Virus record (IMG/VR): IMGVR_UViG_3300021420_000042
Span: 1-55,061 of that record
Length of the DNA stretch: 55,061 bases
Source: a virus
Lineage: Duplodnaviria; Caudoviricetes
Strand: one strand, 5' to 3'
In this document: piece after piece, positions 54,436 through 55,061 of the stretch
How positions within the stretch are numbered: position 1 is the stretch's first letter
How the letters are laid out: every line of letters starts with the position of its first letter
The notes under the pieces: generated by a model
What the model saw: only the letters and a program-made list of their open reading frames with translations
Database searches by the model: none
Told to the model about the DNA's origin: nothing
Position numbers and translations under genes: made by a program

Positions 54436-54607
54436 TGGTAAGGGAACGAGGTTTCATTTTTTTGTTTGGTAGCGACTTGATGACGGTTTCGGCGATCATG
54501 CGCGCCAGCAACAATCGGGTTGGTGCATAGCCGCACATCCGATCAGGCCCGGTCGAGTTATAGCTAAAGCCGTCCGGATGTTCGCTGATCGTGATGGTGA
54601 TCGGCAT
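54392..54607 (-). CDS. Hypothetical protein
   Basis: GGGAG RBS; 71 aa. Confidence 0.5.
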   Translation of the reverse strand: MPITITISEHPDGFSYNSTGPDRMCGYAPTRLLLARMIAETVIKSLPNKKMKPRSLTNGVENVSAKGNSST

Positions 54608-54676
54608 CGAGGCTCCCGCCCATGTTGGCTCATATGTGAGCCTTGATGCGACACCGAGTCAAGCTGATTGTTGCGG

Positions 54677-54937
54677 TTATGCATTGGCCTCCCTGGCGCG
54701 CCGCGTGATCCAGGCGCGCTGTTGCGGCGACAGGCCAGCGGCCTTGGCCTTCTTGGCCTTGGCTTTGGTCCGGCGTGTCGCCAAGCGGACGGCCCTGACC
54801 TTGGCGTCGGCCTTGGCTTTTTTCTCGGCCTCAAGCTGCGGATGATACCAGCGCGCCCGTCGCAAATCCCATATCGAGCCGGGCAACCATGTGCCGTTGC
54901 GCGCCTTGCCTTCCTTTTTGGTTTTCTTGTGCGCCAC
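54677..54937 (-). CDS. Small highly basic (K/R/A-rich) protein
   Basis: 86-aa ORF with AW.TRR motif; GAGG RBS. Confidence 0.55.
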   Translation of the reverse strand: MAHKKTKKEGKARNGTWLPGSIWDLRRARWYHPQLEAEKKAKADAKVRAVRLATRRTKAKAKKAKAAGLSPQQRAWITRRAREANA

Positions 54938-55061
54938 GATCTTGGCCTCGCGATCGGCGAGGATGGCGAGCGCTTCCGGCGTGACGTTGCGCGGCAGATA
55001 GGATTGCGCGATCGGTCGCGCGGGCGGCGGTGCCCAGGCATCGCGGCCGGCCTGCCCCGCG

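Overview
About 55 kb of a temperate, contractile-tailed phage of an alphaproteobacterial (Hyphomicrobiales-like) host. It appears to be in excised/attP form: the 3' half of a tRNA-Lys(UUU) lies between the excisionase and a tyrosine integrase, with phage genes on both sides. In order, the window holds baseplate and tail-fibre genes and a GH108 endolysin (1-8977). Next is a six-gene accessory cluster for nucleotide handling and membrane-lipid remodelling: HpnG-like phosphorylase, metallophosphoesterase, HD hydrolase, nucleoside deoxyribosyltransferase, GT21/HpnI-like glucosyltransferase and PlcP/LpxH-like phosphoesterase (9020-13863). Small-gene regions, a host-like dnaB and an rlpA-like gene follow. 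A leftward operon (about 27.7 to 21.0 kb) carries a MoxR-type AAA+ ATPase, a partner protein and a VWA-metallopeptidase. It is bracketed by two large structured non-coding regions that share a 21-nt complementary segment, and repeated hairpins sit between its genes. The rest is int/attP/xis, a leftward recombination operon (Bet, Gp157), a CI-like repressor, a rightward replication operon (RuvC-like, GcrA-like, HTH-containing MTase, initiator, SSB) and a candidate sRNA. A 14-bp operator-like motif (CGTATAWWTAACCG consensus) occurs six times, each beside a TTGAC -35 element. Head genes are not in the window. All family calls are motif recognition by eye; no searches or folding programs were run.
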